This document shows positions 36,804 to 45,533 of a stretch of 64,000 bases of DNA, one piece after another. Every line of letters begins with the position of its first letter. Position 1 is the first letter of the stretch. Both the position numbers and the translations under genes were made by a program. This DNA is from an uncultured Prevotellaceae bacterium (GTDB taxonomy: Bacteria > Bacteroidota > Bacteroidia > Bacteroidales > Bacteroidaceae): positions 4,176-68,175 of the forward strand of contig CACZIT010000008.1 of assembly GCA_902781315.1 (NCBI GenBank). Direction: 5' to 3'. The notes beneath the pieces are model-generated. The model did not search any database. It was not told where the DNA came from and worked only from the letters and a program-made list of their open reading frames with translations.

Positions 36804-39677
36804 TTACTCGTGTTTCTTTTTGGGATTTGCATTAATTTTCCATGAGAGCGACAGCATGGCGTAGCGTGGGATGCTGTTGTGCCACGACTCTGTGCGACCC
36901 TGTTCGTTCATTACATAGCGCGTGGTAGATATTTGCTGGAGGATGTCAAAGCCTTTTAGCTTCACAAGGAGTTTTCCTTTGAGGAAGCTGCGCGTCAGTT
37001 GGGCATTCCAGACCCAATCCGTTGTATTCATTTCGCTCTGTTGATAGCCACGATGGGCATGCATCGTCAGGTCGGTGACGAGTTGGAAATTTGCAGGCAG
37101 GCCGATGGTAGCGTTGAATCCCGCCAGATAATCTATGGCGCGGATATTTTCGAAGCCTGCACGCTCACTGCCAACGAGGTAGTATGTGCCACCACCACGC
37201 AGTGTGAATTCATGCTTGTCGTTCGGGCGGAAAGTCAGCTTGAGGTTGTCGCTGAACTGGTGGTTGCTGACAATGCTGCGCCGGCTGTCGGTCATGCCCG
37301 CCACTGTCGCCATGTCCACGCTATGGTGGTAATTGTAGCTGAACTGGTTGTCGAGCGTCAGCTTTTCGGGTTTGTCTAGTGAACGGGCATAGCCCACTTC
37401 GGTACTGGCGTTCCAGTTTCCGTTTACGTTTACAGGCCGCATGGTGGTAATGCCCGTAGTTTTGTCGAAAACAGTAGCGAAAGCCATGGCATTGTCTCGC
37501 TGATTGTAGTCAAGATTCAATGAAAAGAGTTGCTGATGACGGCTGAACCTGCGCCTGAGATTGAGAGAAGAACGATAGTAGTGGAGGTCCTTCAGTTCAG
37601 GATTGCCAATCCGGATGTTCAGCGGGTCACTATCGTCCCGGTAGTCAACCATTGTCGTCATGTCGGGGATCTCTGACCAGATGCTGCCATTGAAGTACCA
37701 TTCGATGCTGCTGATTTCACCTCTGGCCTGAAATTCGGGTTCGAAAAACACGGCATGGCGCTTTACATCGTGCCGACCCAGTCGGTTATAGTATAGATTC
37801 TTGTGCACGAGACGAACAGGCAGTTTCAGACTCCAATATCTGACAATGCCTTTGCTTTCACGATTGGATAATTCTTTGTCTGACGTCACTTGCAGACGGA
37901 AGCGGTGATGGTTTTGATACTCGTGGAAATCATAGCTGTTGGGAGCATCAAGTACGTCGGCGAGGGCTTCGCGTGCCGAGGGCAGCAGGTCAAATTGCGT
38001 AGAGTCGGCATCGGCAAGTCGGTCAAGGCGATAGAGCATGTTCGATGTCTTATTATAGCGGTAGTTGTATTCATATTGCGGCGTAATTTTCAGTTCAGGC
38101 CAGCAAATTTCATACATCGTATTAGCCTTCACATTCCAAGTTTGGTGACTGTTGTCACAGTAGTTGTTGCGGAAGTCACGCCGTATCTCGCTATTGGAGT
38201 ATTGGATGTCGTTGAGCGAGAACTGGTCGGCAGTCAAACGGTCGTAGTCGGCGCTCAGGCTCCATCGCAGCATGTCGGCAATGACTTTCGTGCCGCCGGA
38301 GATAGAGCCGTTGGCAACGATGTTCTTGCTTTCGTGGGAATTGCGCGTCAGCATTTCATTAAGCACCGAAGCCGAATCACTTATGGTTTGTTCGGAATAG
38401 CCAAAGCCTTTATTTTGGTCGTATCTCAGTCTCATCTCACTCATGTTGAAGACGGTTCCTCTTTCGAGGTGGTGGTTGATGCTGCCTTCCAGTTTTGTTG
38501 TCTTTAAGGTTGAACTGCTTTGCTGTTGCCGGAAGGAATCGCCATTGGGCAGGTAGGTCTGGGCGTTCTCTCGCGACTGCTCGTCAGCATCATTATGAAC
38601 CAGCAGAAGTCTGCTCTCAAGCCAATTTCGGTTGTTGTCAAAGTATCTCACATATCCGACGTTTGCCTCACGGTTAGTTAACAATCCATTGGCTTCGCCC
38701 ACCGGACTCCATGAGAGATCATACCCGCCGTCTCTGTAGACGAGTTGCGTCTTCTGATTGTCGCTCAAATTGTTGGCGTTGACCGTGCCCATCATCCATT
38801 CCTTTTCCGACATCTTCATGCCAAACGCCTTGACAGAATAGCGATGATTGGTGCCATAGCCAGCCTCTGCGTTGCCAATATAACTTTTTGAATACTCCTT
38901 TTTCAGGTTCACGTCCATCACATACCGCTTGTCGCCCATGTCCCTCTGCATGATGCGTGAGGCAACACCCGCCTCGTCATAGACCTTGATCTTGTTCACC
39001 GTATAGGCAGGAAGGTTTTGCAGAGCCACTTTCGGGCTACCGCTGAAGAAGTCGCGCCCATTCACGAGCAGGCTCTCAATCTTTTTGCCGTTGACAAAAA
39101 TCTCCCCCTCCTTGGTGAGCTGTGCTCCAGGGAGACGCGCGATGAGTGCGTCAAGCATTGAGCCCTCGGCAAGATTGAAGGCATCAGCATTGTATACGAT
39201 TGTGTCGCCCTTCATCACCATCTTCACCTTTGTGGCCTTCACAACAACTTCGGGTAGGTCGTGGAAATCCTTCTCCATACGGAGCGGCTTCACTTTGATG
39301 TTCTGCTCACGTCTGCTACGCAGTTCAAAATTGACGTATGAACTTTCGTAACCCTCCATTTCGGCCTTCACAATGTAGCGGCCGGTTTTTTGAATGGTGA
39401 ACTCATAGTCAGCTGCATGAGGATAGTCACGAAAGGGATAGTCGTCGGGGATGGCTGTCATGGTGTCAACGACAAGGCTATCTGCTGTCATCAGAGTGAT
39501 GAGGGCCGGAATGCCCTGCTCGGTGAAGCTGTCGAAGACAACTCCCTGAACTCTGTGGTCAGTATCCTTGGCAGAGGTATGCACAAAGCTAAGCACGACG
39601 AGCAAAAACGTAAAAGGGATGCGTCCTGGCACTATTCTTACATCGAACTTACGTTCTTTTACCTGTTCTATCGTCAT
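36804..39677 (-). CDS. Outer-membrane beta-barrel protein (TonB-dependent receptor-like; carboxypeptidase-regulatory N-domain)
   Basis: KGDTIVYNADAFNL.EGSMLDALI..LPG plug-like region; C-terminal PRYAMLSLSWK. Start uncertain. Confidence 0.85.
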   Translation of the reverse strand: MTIEQVKERKFDVRIVPGRIPFTFLLVVLSFVHTSAKDTDHRVQGVVFDSFTEQGIPALITLMTADSLVVDTMTAIPDDYPFRDYPHAADYEFTIQKTGRYIVKAEMEGYESSYVNFELRSRREQNIKVKPLRMEKDFHDLPEVVVKATKVKMVMKGDTIVYNADAFNLAEGSMLDALIARLPGAQLTKEGEIFVNGKKIESLLVNGRDFFSGSPKVALQNLPAYTVNKIKVYDEAGVASRIMQRDMGDKRYVMDVNLKKEYSKSYIGNAEAGYGTNHRYSVKAFGMKMSEKEWMMGTVNANNLSDNQKTQLVYRDGGYDLSWSPVGEANGLLTNREANVGYVRYFDNNRNWLESRLLLVHNDADEQSRENAQTYLPNGDSFRQQQSSSTLKTTKLEGSINHHLERGTVFNMSEMRLRYDQNKGFGYSEQTISDSASVLNEMLTRNSHESKNIVANGSISGGTKVIADMLRWSLSADYDRLTADQFSLNDIQYSNSEIRRDFRNNYCDNSHQTWNVKANTMYEICWPELKITPQYEYNYRYNKTSNMLYRLDRLADADSTQFDLLPSAREALADVLDAPNSYDFHEYQNHHRFRLQVTSDKELSNRESKGIVRYWSLKLPVRLVHKNLYYNRLGRHDVKRHAVFFEPEFQARGEISSIEWYFNGSIWSEIPDMTTMVDYRDDSDPLNIRIGNPELKDLHYYRSSLNLRRRFSRHQQLFSLNLDYNQRDNAMAFATVFDKTTGITTMRPVNVNGNWNASTEVGYARSLDKPEKLTLDNQFSYNYHHSVDMATVAGMTDSRRSIVSNHQFSDNLKLTFRPNDKHEFTLRGGGTYYLVGSERAGFENIRAIDYLAGFNATIGLPANFQLVTDLTMHAHRGYQQSEMNTTDWVWNAQLTRSFLKGKLLVKLKGFDILQQISTTRYVMNEQGRTESWHNSIPRYAMLSLSWKINANPKKKHE

Positions 39678-39737
39678 ATTCGTTTTGTTTGATGGTGCAA
39701 AGATAGGCATAAATTGTTTCAAATCGTGGAACAAGTC

Positions 39738-41372
39738 CTAACGATTTTTATATTTTTGGAAGATGACTGGGAACGACACCGTCACGGCTATTGGCTCGCC
39801 TTCACCGTTGCGGGCCGGCTTCCACTTCGGAGCCTTCTTCAACACTCGTTGCACCTCTTCAAAAAGTGCAGTCTCAGCTGCCTTCTGCTGCTCTGCATTG
39901 GGCTTTTGCATGTTGGGATTCTTGTAGCCATAGACCACAGCGCCTGTGTACTCCGCCTCACCTTTAATACTACCCGTTACGAGATGCGGCAAAGTCGTGG
40001 TTCCATCTTCATTCACACGGAAGGCTATCGTCATCTTGTCTGTAACGCCATACTTGAGCGCATCGACGGGATACTTCAGATTGTTCGCCAAGAAGGCATT
40101 GAAGCCTCCTTCGTAGTCGAGTTCCGGAGCCGATGCCACCTTTCCTTTCAACACATCACCTACCTGCTTCAGGTCTTTCAGATGGATGGCATAAGCTCTT
40201 GCGAGCGCATCGCGTTCGCCATTGAACACAACTGTGTCGGGTGGTGTCTGCTCCAGTTGCCGTTTGAAGGCTTTTGTCTCGATGACGACGACTCCATTCT
40301 TAGCACGTTCTTCACCAAAAACATCAACTGCAGCTTTGTCTTTGACTACAGTTATGTTATCAATGTCTTCTGGTTTTACCAACTTTGGCAGTTCATCCAA
40401 GCTGGTGTAACAAGCGCCACCATCGATAGCAACGAGAAGACTATCGTTCGAAACTCCCCCAGTGGCAAGTGAAGGCTGCCGACATTCCACCACCGTGTGT
40501 GCCTGGACAATGAGTGCAAGGGCAACGATGGGCAGGATGTAGAGAGCGCGAAGCCACGAGGAGCGGCTCGGTTTTCTATTTGTTTTCATCATGACTATTC
40601 GTTTTTTGATTGTTCTGGCGCTCATTCCGTTGGCCAGTTGACTGACGGGCAGTCCAATGGCCTTACGGATGAGCAATTGAATGTATTGGTCCGTATTGAA
40701 CCCTTGAGAGAGAACGGCCTGGTCGGCTTCACATTCGTGGAGAGCGCGCAGGTCTTGGCGCAAAAACCACACCACTGGATTGAACCATTGCAGGGCAGTG
40801 AGCACTTCAACGAGGACTACATCCAGACTGTGATGGCAGCGGATGTGACCTCGTTCGTGGGCGAGAATAGCACCTCCATCCATCTGCGACGCGTAGTCAG
40901 ACCGGTTCATGACTACGGTGCGCATCCAGCTGAAGGGTGCCACTGGCTCGTCGGTGATGGCCATCACCACCCCGTCGGACAATGTTTTCTTCTCGCTATT
41001 GCTGATCAGTTTTTTCAAATTGAGGAACGACCTAACGACTATGCCCATGCGGATGAGCATACCACCGACAAGAACGACGGTCAACAGGAGTGTCAGTCGT
41101 GGGCCATATACAGACCAGAAGGAAACGGGGGCCTGTTGTAGGATTCCATTCCCTGCCGTTTCAACGGTAGTAGCTGTCACGGGAATTGCCTCGACATATT
41201 CATGAACCGTGATGATGCAAAGCGGCAGAACGAATGACAGAACTGCCGTAAAGAGCAAAACAACGCGGTTGAAGTGCACGAGCGACGTGCGTTCGAGCAT
41301 CAGGCGGTAGAACATGTAGAACACTACAAGGAGTGCTGCCACCTTTAGATCGTATATAAGGAATGAAAGCAT
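39738..41372 (-). CDS. M56 family (BlaR1-like) metallopeptidase with TonB C-terminal domain
   Basis: ILAHERGH (HExxH), LQWFNPVVW, HECEAD; C-terminal LKYP...AFRVNEDG...WKPARNG. Confidence 0.9.
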   Translation of the reverse strand: MLSFLIYDLKVAALLVVFYMFYRLMLERTSLVHFNRVVLLFTAVLSFVLPLCIITVHEYVEAIPVTATTVETAGNGILQQAPVSFWSVYGPRLTLLLTVVLVGGMLIRMGIVVRSFLNLKKLISNSEKKTLSDGVVMAITDEPVAPFSWMRTVVMNRSDYASQMDGGAILAHERGHIRCHHSLDVVLVEVLTALQWFNPVVWFLRQDLRALHECEADQAVLSQGFNTDQYIQLLIRKAIGLPVSQLANGMSARTIKKRIVMMKTNRKPSRSSWLRALYILPIVALALIVQAHTVVECRQPSLATGGVSNDSLLVAIDGGACYTSLDELPKLVKPEDIDNITVVKDKAAVDVFGEERAKNGVVVIETKAFKRQLEQTPPDTVVFNGERDALARAYAIHLKDLKQVGDVLKGKVASAPELDYEGGFNAFLANNLKYPVDALKYGVTDKMTIAFRVNEDGTTTLPHLVTGSIKGEAEYTGAVVYGYKNPNMQKPNAEQQKAAETALFEEVQRVLKKAPKWKPARNGEGEPIAVTVSFPVIFQKYKNR

Positions 41373-41422
41373 CTTTTAGAAGCGTTAGTGTGAAGGAGTG
41401 TGAGTGTGAAGGAGTGTTGACA

Positions 41423-41797
41423 TTAGTCTTTCTTGAGAAGTGCCAGAAGGTCGTCGATTTCCTGCTGCGAGAGGTTTTCCTCCTCGGCAAAAAATGATAC
41501 CAGCGAGCGGAACGAACCTCCGAAGAAAGTGTCGCGCACGTCACGCATATAAAAAGAGGTGTAGTCGCGACGGCTTACCTTTGCCGAGAACAATTTCCCC
41601 TTGCCCACTTTCACAGCCTCGACGAAGCCTTTCTCGGTGAGTATCTTCAGGAATGTCAGCAACGTAGTCGTTGCCGGCTTGGGTTCGGGCATGCGATCCA
41701 TAATGTCATGTGATGTGCCCTGCGAGTCAGGCAGGCTCCACAACACGTTCATCACCTGCATTTCGCCTTTGGTCAATGTCTTTGTCTGATTCATCAT
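41423..41797 (-). CDS. BlaI/MecI/CopY family transcriptional repressor
   Basis: LTKGEMQVMNVLW, TTLLTFLKILTEKGFV, FFGGSFRSLVSFF. Confidence 0.92.
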   Translation of the reverse strand: MMNQTKTLTKGEMQVMNVLWSLPDSQGTSHDIMDRMPEPKPATTTLLTFLKILTEKGFVEAVKVGKGKLFSAKVSRRDYTSFYMRDVRDTFFGGSFRSLVSFFAEEENLSQQEIDDLLALLKKD

Positions 41798-41828
41798 TGC
41801 TTGTAGTTTTTGGGGTTCAACATTATCA

Positions 41829-41910
41829 TTCTAAAGTTTTAGAACATTACGACTGCAAAGATATTCTAAAGCTTTAGAACGTCCAAACATTTCGTTCTAA
41901 ATCTTTAGAA
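41829..41910. promoter_or_regulatory. Three palindromic operators TTCTAAA-NN-TTTAGAA around a -7 box upstream of the BlaI-like gene
   Basis: Sites at 41829-41844, 41864-41879 and 41895-41910; TATCTTTG on the minus strand at 41856-41863. Confidence 0.85.
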
Positions 41911-42129
41911 CATTAAGACTTTTTAATAAAAAACTGCATTTATAAGCTAAAATGCATCATAGTAGACAAAAACATTGCAGGATTATCTCCACTTTTCCCA
42001 TGACAGCGACAGCCTCATTTGTCGCTTCGTTGCACTTCCTACTGGGTAAATTTAATGCTCCGTCAGGGTAATTTGTGCCCTGCAAATCGAAACATGCGCT
42101 GTCATTTGCACATTTTAATCCAACAGAGC

Positions 42130-42238
42130 AAAAAATGCCCCCTGCCGGACTCTCGCGAGCCACGACAAGGGGACTGCTTATTCGATGCATCTTTCTTACT
42201 AACTAATCAGTGCCAAGCCTAACAGGCACATTTACGTA
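42130..42238 (-). ncRNA. Candidate structured 3' RNA element, copy 2
   Basis: Homologous to 36418-36529. Confidence 0.4.
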
Positions 42239-42284
42239 TCGATTTCATAGTTTCGAGTTTCTAGCTTCAAGTTTGTTTTGGCTA

Positions 42285-45200
42285 TTATTTGCCCTGACGC
42301 GACCAGTGGAACACCAGATGCAGCATGACGTAGTGAGGCAACGAGCGATAGCACGTCACGGTGCGCCCCATGGCGTTGATCTCGTAGTGGGTGTCCGACA
42401 GCTGGTGCAGCAGGTCGAAAGCCTCGAGGCGGGCTATGAGTTTGCCGTTGAGGAACGGCTGGCTGAGCGAGGCATTGACAATGAAGTCGTCGGACCGCTC
42501 CCCCCGCCCTCCCCAAAGAGGGAGCCCGCCGCTGCCGTAGCGGCGGCCGTACATCATGGCATCGGCGGCCAGCGTGAGGCCACCTATCTTCGTGCCCCAA
42601 AGGGCAGGTGTGGTGTAGGTGGCTTCGAGGCCGTAGTGATAGTCAAGGGCACGGAGCGTGGTGAAATCATACATTTTGCCATCGCTGTGACGCCAGTTGA
42701 TGTAGCCCACGGCGCGGAGGTTCAACGTCTTGCGGTGGAAGCGTATGTTGCCGCCGCTGCTGAGCGCGAGCGTGTTCACGGTGTTCACCTGGCTCGCCGC
42801 CATGCCTGCCAGCATGGCGTGGTCCTTGGCATGGTTCCAGTCGACGCCCGCATCGACGTACCACGTCCAATAGCGTTTCTTGCCGATGCTATGGTCGGTG
42901 CTGAAATTGGCGTGGGCGTCGTAGGCACCGCTGACGTTCATGGGCTTAAAGGTGCTGACGCCCGTGGCGGGGTCGTAGGCCAGCGACTGCGCGATGTCGC
43001 GATGATGATAGCTGAACGAGGTTGAGGCGTGGTACATGCCACCAGCCACTTCCTTGCCATCGTAGTAGCTAATGCTTAGGTTCGTCTGTGCAGAAGGCTT
43101 CAGGTCGGGGTTGCCCAACTTCACGACGAGTGGTTGGCTGTCGTCGCGGTAGCTGATGCGATTCAGTATTTCGGCTGCTGTCTGGCGGTAGCTGATGCGG
43201 ACCTGCAGGTCGCGACGTGAGTCTTTCCACACGTTGCGATAGCGGAAGGAAGGATTGGGGAAGATGGCCGTCTGACGCGCCAGCGTGTCGAGGCTGCCAC
43301 GCCGGTAGCGCAGTCTGTAGAAGTGCATGGGCACTTGCAGCTCTAAGCGCCAGCGGTCGTAGTTCACTTTCATGTGGGCTATGCTATGGGTATAATGACC
43401 CGTTTTGTTCAGGCTGAACGTCATGTCGTTCTGCTGGGTCGTGGCACGGCTCTCATAGGAGTTGGCAGGGTCGAGGGTGGCTGCGATGGCATCGATCTGC
43501 GAAGGAAGGAGCGGGTCGGCAGGTTCTGCCTCTCCCGTGGGACCGACCGTAGAGGCTGGGTGGTAGAGGTTGTCGCGGCTGTGGATGCGCAGATAGGCCA
43601 TGAGGTCGGAGATGCCGAAGTGCAGGTTGTGCCCCAGTTCCTTGCCGAAGCCCAGACTGAGGAGGGCTGCAGCATTGCGTGAGTACAGGCTGTTGGCATT
43701 GCGTGTCTCCACATCCGCCGGAGCCGTTGTCACCTTGTTACTTTGATACTTTGTTACTTTGTCACCTTGGTACCCTGTTACTTTGTCACCTTGGTACCCT
43801 ATTACTTTGTCACCTTGGTACCCTGTTACTTTGTTACCTTGGTACTTTGTTACTTTGAAAACTTCGCCCTGCTCGCCTTCGTCGTTGCTGAGGTCCAGAT
43901 GGGTGTAGAAGTCAAGGTGCTGGTTCTGCCGCCCCACCCTAACGCTGCCCTGGGCATCGAGACTGGCTGCCCACTTGGTGCCACGGCTGATGCCTACGGT
44001 GCGCTGGGCGATGCTGAGCGTGTCGGTGGTCTCCTGAAAGGCCGAATGCGTGGCACCGTTGCGGCGTGTGTGGTTGAAGTCGGCTTCAATGTTCATGTAG
44101 GTGGGTAACTTCAGCGTCAGACTGTTATGCAGCGACCAACGGCGATTGCCCATCTTGCGGAACGACTCGGTGAAAGCCGTAGGCGTAAGACCACCCACGA
44201 ACCGCTCCTGATGCTGGTTCATGGTCTGTGCGTCGGTGGTAGAGGTGTATTCCCCACGCAGCGTCTCCTTCAGCTTGTCGCCTTCAGAGTGGTAGCTGAG
44301 TTCCGAAGCCGCACTGCGCGTGGTGATGATGGAACGAGGCATACGCGCCGGACTCCATTGCCCCGTCTGACCGGCATGCCGCGTCTCGTTCACGTTGTTT
44401 GCATTGGCAAGCACGGTGAGCCGGAGCTTGTCGGTGAAGCCCAGCAAGAAGCCACGCCCCAGATAAGCCCTCTCGGAAGGAGCCCCCTCCCTACTGGGGA
44501 GGGTCGGGGTGGGGCTCGCCGCTGCTTCCACGTTTGCAATGTAGCCCTGGCTGTATTCGTCCTTCAGGTTCACGTCCATCACGTAGCGGCGTGGTTCAAC
44601 ATCGTAGCCCAAGGCCTCGCTCTTGTCGGTTTGCTTCTCATAGACCTTCAGGTTTTTCACGGTGTAGTAAGGCAGGTTCTCCATCAGCACCTTCTTGTTT
44701 CCGCCGAAGAACGAGCGCGAGCCCAGCAGCAGCTCGTCGACCTTGCGCCCATTGACGAAGATTTCGCCCTGGTCGTTCAGCGTAACGCCGGGCAGCTGGC
44801 GGATGAGGTCGTCGAGCATGGAACCCTCGGGCAACTGGAAGGCCGTGGCATCGTAGACGAGGGTGTCGCCGCGATAGTAGAACTTCACGCGGGTGGCCGT
44901 CACCACGACTTCGTCGAGGTTCAGGTTACGCATCTTGCGCATCTGCAGTGTTCCGATGTTGATGTCTTCGGTTGCCTGTCGTCCTACCGACACCCGTTTC
45001 CACACGTCGTCATAGCCCTTGAGCTGAGCACGGACGAGATAGTCGCGCCCGGTCCTGACCTTGGTTCCGAAGTGGGCTTTGGTGATGCGGTTGTCGCCGT
45101 TGAGGAAATAGATGATCTGCAACGAGTCGGCAATGACGACCGAGTCGGCTGTGAGCACCGACACCTTCGCTTTCGTGAGGGGCCGCTTCAGGAAGCTGTC

Positions 45201-45533
45201 CTCCACATCGCCTGAGAGGTCGACAGTCTGCACCTTCGGCACTTGCCGCTTCTTCATCTGCACGGCGATGTGGCGGCCGCGCACCTTCACCTTCACGGGC
45301 AGCCCACGGCAGAGGCGCTTCACGGCGTCGGGTGCCGCAAGCCCGGTGACCTTGGCCGTGGTGTGCAACCGGTCGAGCCCGTCGGAAAGGATGTCGATGG
45401 TGTATTCCGGCTGGCTGCGGCCGATGGTCTGCAGGGCGTCGAGCAACGGCACCTCGCGGAAGGTCTGTGCCACAGCGCTGCTGAACGAGAGCAGCGACAC
45501 GGCGAGCAGGAGGAGGATTCTTGGTTGCTTCAT
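42285..45533 (-). CDS. Outer-membrane beta-barrel receptor with STN-like N-terminal signalling domain and three repeat-derived inserts
   Basis: Start MKQPRI at 45533 (ATGA overlap with the upstream gene); RGDTLVYDATAF.LPEGSML motif; C-terminal LPHYVMLHLVFHW. Confidence 0.85.
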   Translation of the reverse strand: MKQPRILLLLAVSLLSFSSAVAQTFREVPLLDALQTIGRSQPEYTIDILSDGLDRLHTTAKVTGLAAPDAVKRLCRGLPVKVKVRGRHIAVQMKKRQVPKVQTVDLSGDVEDSFLKRPLTKAKVSVLTADSVVIADSLQIIYFLNGDNRITKAHFGTKVRTGRDYLVRAQLKGYDDVWKRVSVGRQATEDINIGTLQMRKMRNLNLDEVVVTATRVKFYYRGDTLVYDATAFQLPEGSMLDDLIRQLPGVTLNDQGEIFVNGRKVDELLLGSRSFFGGNKKVLMENLPYYTVKNLKVYEKQTDKSEALGYDVEPRRYVMDVNLKDEYSQGYIANVEAAASPTPTLPSREGAPSERAYLGRGFLLGFTDKLRLTVLANANNVNETRHAGQTGQWSPARMPRSIITTRSAASELSYHSEGDKLKETLRGEYTSTTDAQTMNQHQERFVGGLTPTAFTESFRKMGNRRWSLHNSLTLKLPTYMNIEADFNHTRRNGATHSAFQETTDTLSIAQRTVGISRGTKWAASLDAQGSVRVGRQNQHLDFYTHLDLSNDEGEQGEVFKVTKYQGNKVTGYQGDKVIGYQGDKVTGYQGDKVTKYQSNKVTTAPADVETRNANSLYSRNAAALLSLGFGKELGHNLHFGISDLMAYLRIHSRDNLYHPASTVGPTGEAEPADPLLPSQIDAIAATLDPANSYESRATTQQNDMTFSLNKTGHYTHSIAHMKVNYDRWRLELQVPMHFYRLRYRRGSLDTLARQTAIFPNPSFRYRNVWKDSRRDLQVRISYRQTAAEILNRISYRDDSQPLVVKLGNPDLKPSAQTNLSISYYDGKEVAGGMYHASTSFSYHHRDIAQSLAYDPATGVSTFKPMNVSGAYDAHANFSTDHSIGKKRYWTWYVDAGVDWNHAKDHAMLAGMAASQVNTVNTLALSSGGNIRFHRKTLNLRAVGYINWRHSDGKMYDFTTLRALDYHYGLEATYTTPALWGTKIGGLTLAADAMMYGRRYGSGGLPLWGGRGERSDDFIVNASLSQPFLNGKLIARLEAFDLLHQLSDTHYEINAMGRTVTCYRSLPHYVMLHLVFHWSRQGK
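43730..43857. repeat. Sixteen-octamer array translated in frame (KVTGYQGD-type repeats)
   Basis: Same octamer family as 4121-4224; every unit in the stop phase reads TAC or TAT instead of TAA/TGA. Confidence 0.95.
44480..44515. repeat. 37-bp-family palindrome, in frame (SPTPTLPSREGAPS)
   Basis: GAGCCCCCTCCCTACTGGGAGGGTCGGGGTGGGG; a more degenerate copy is at about 42495-42528. Confidence 0.75.
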
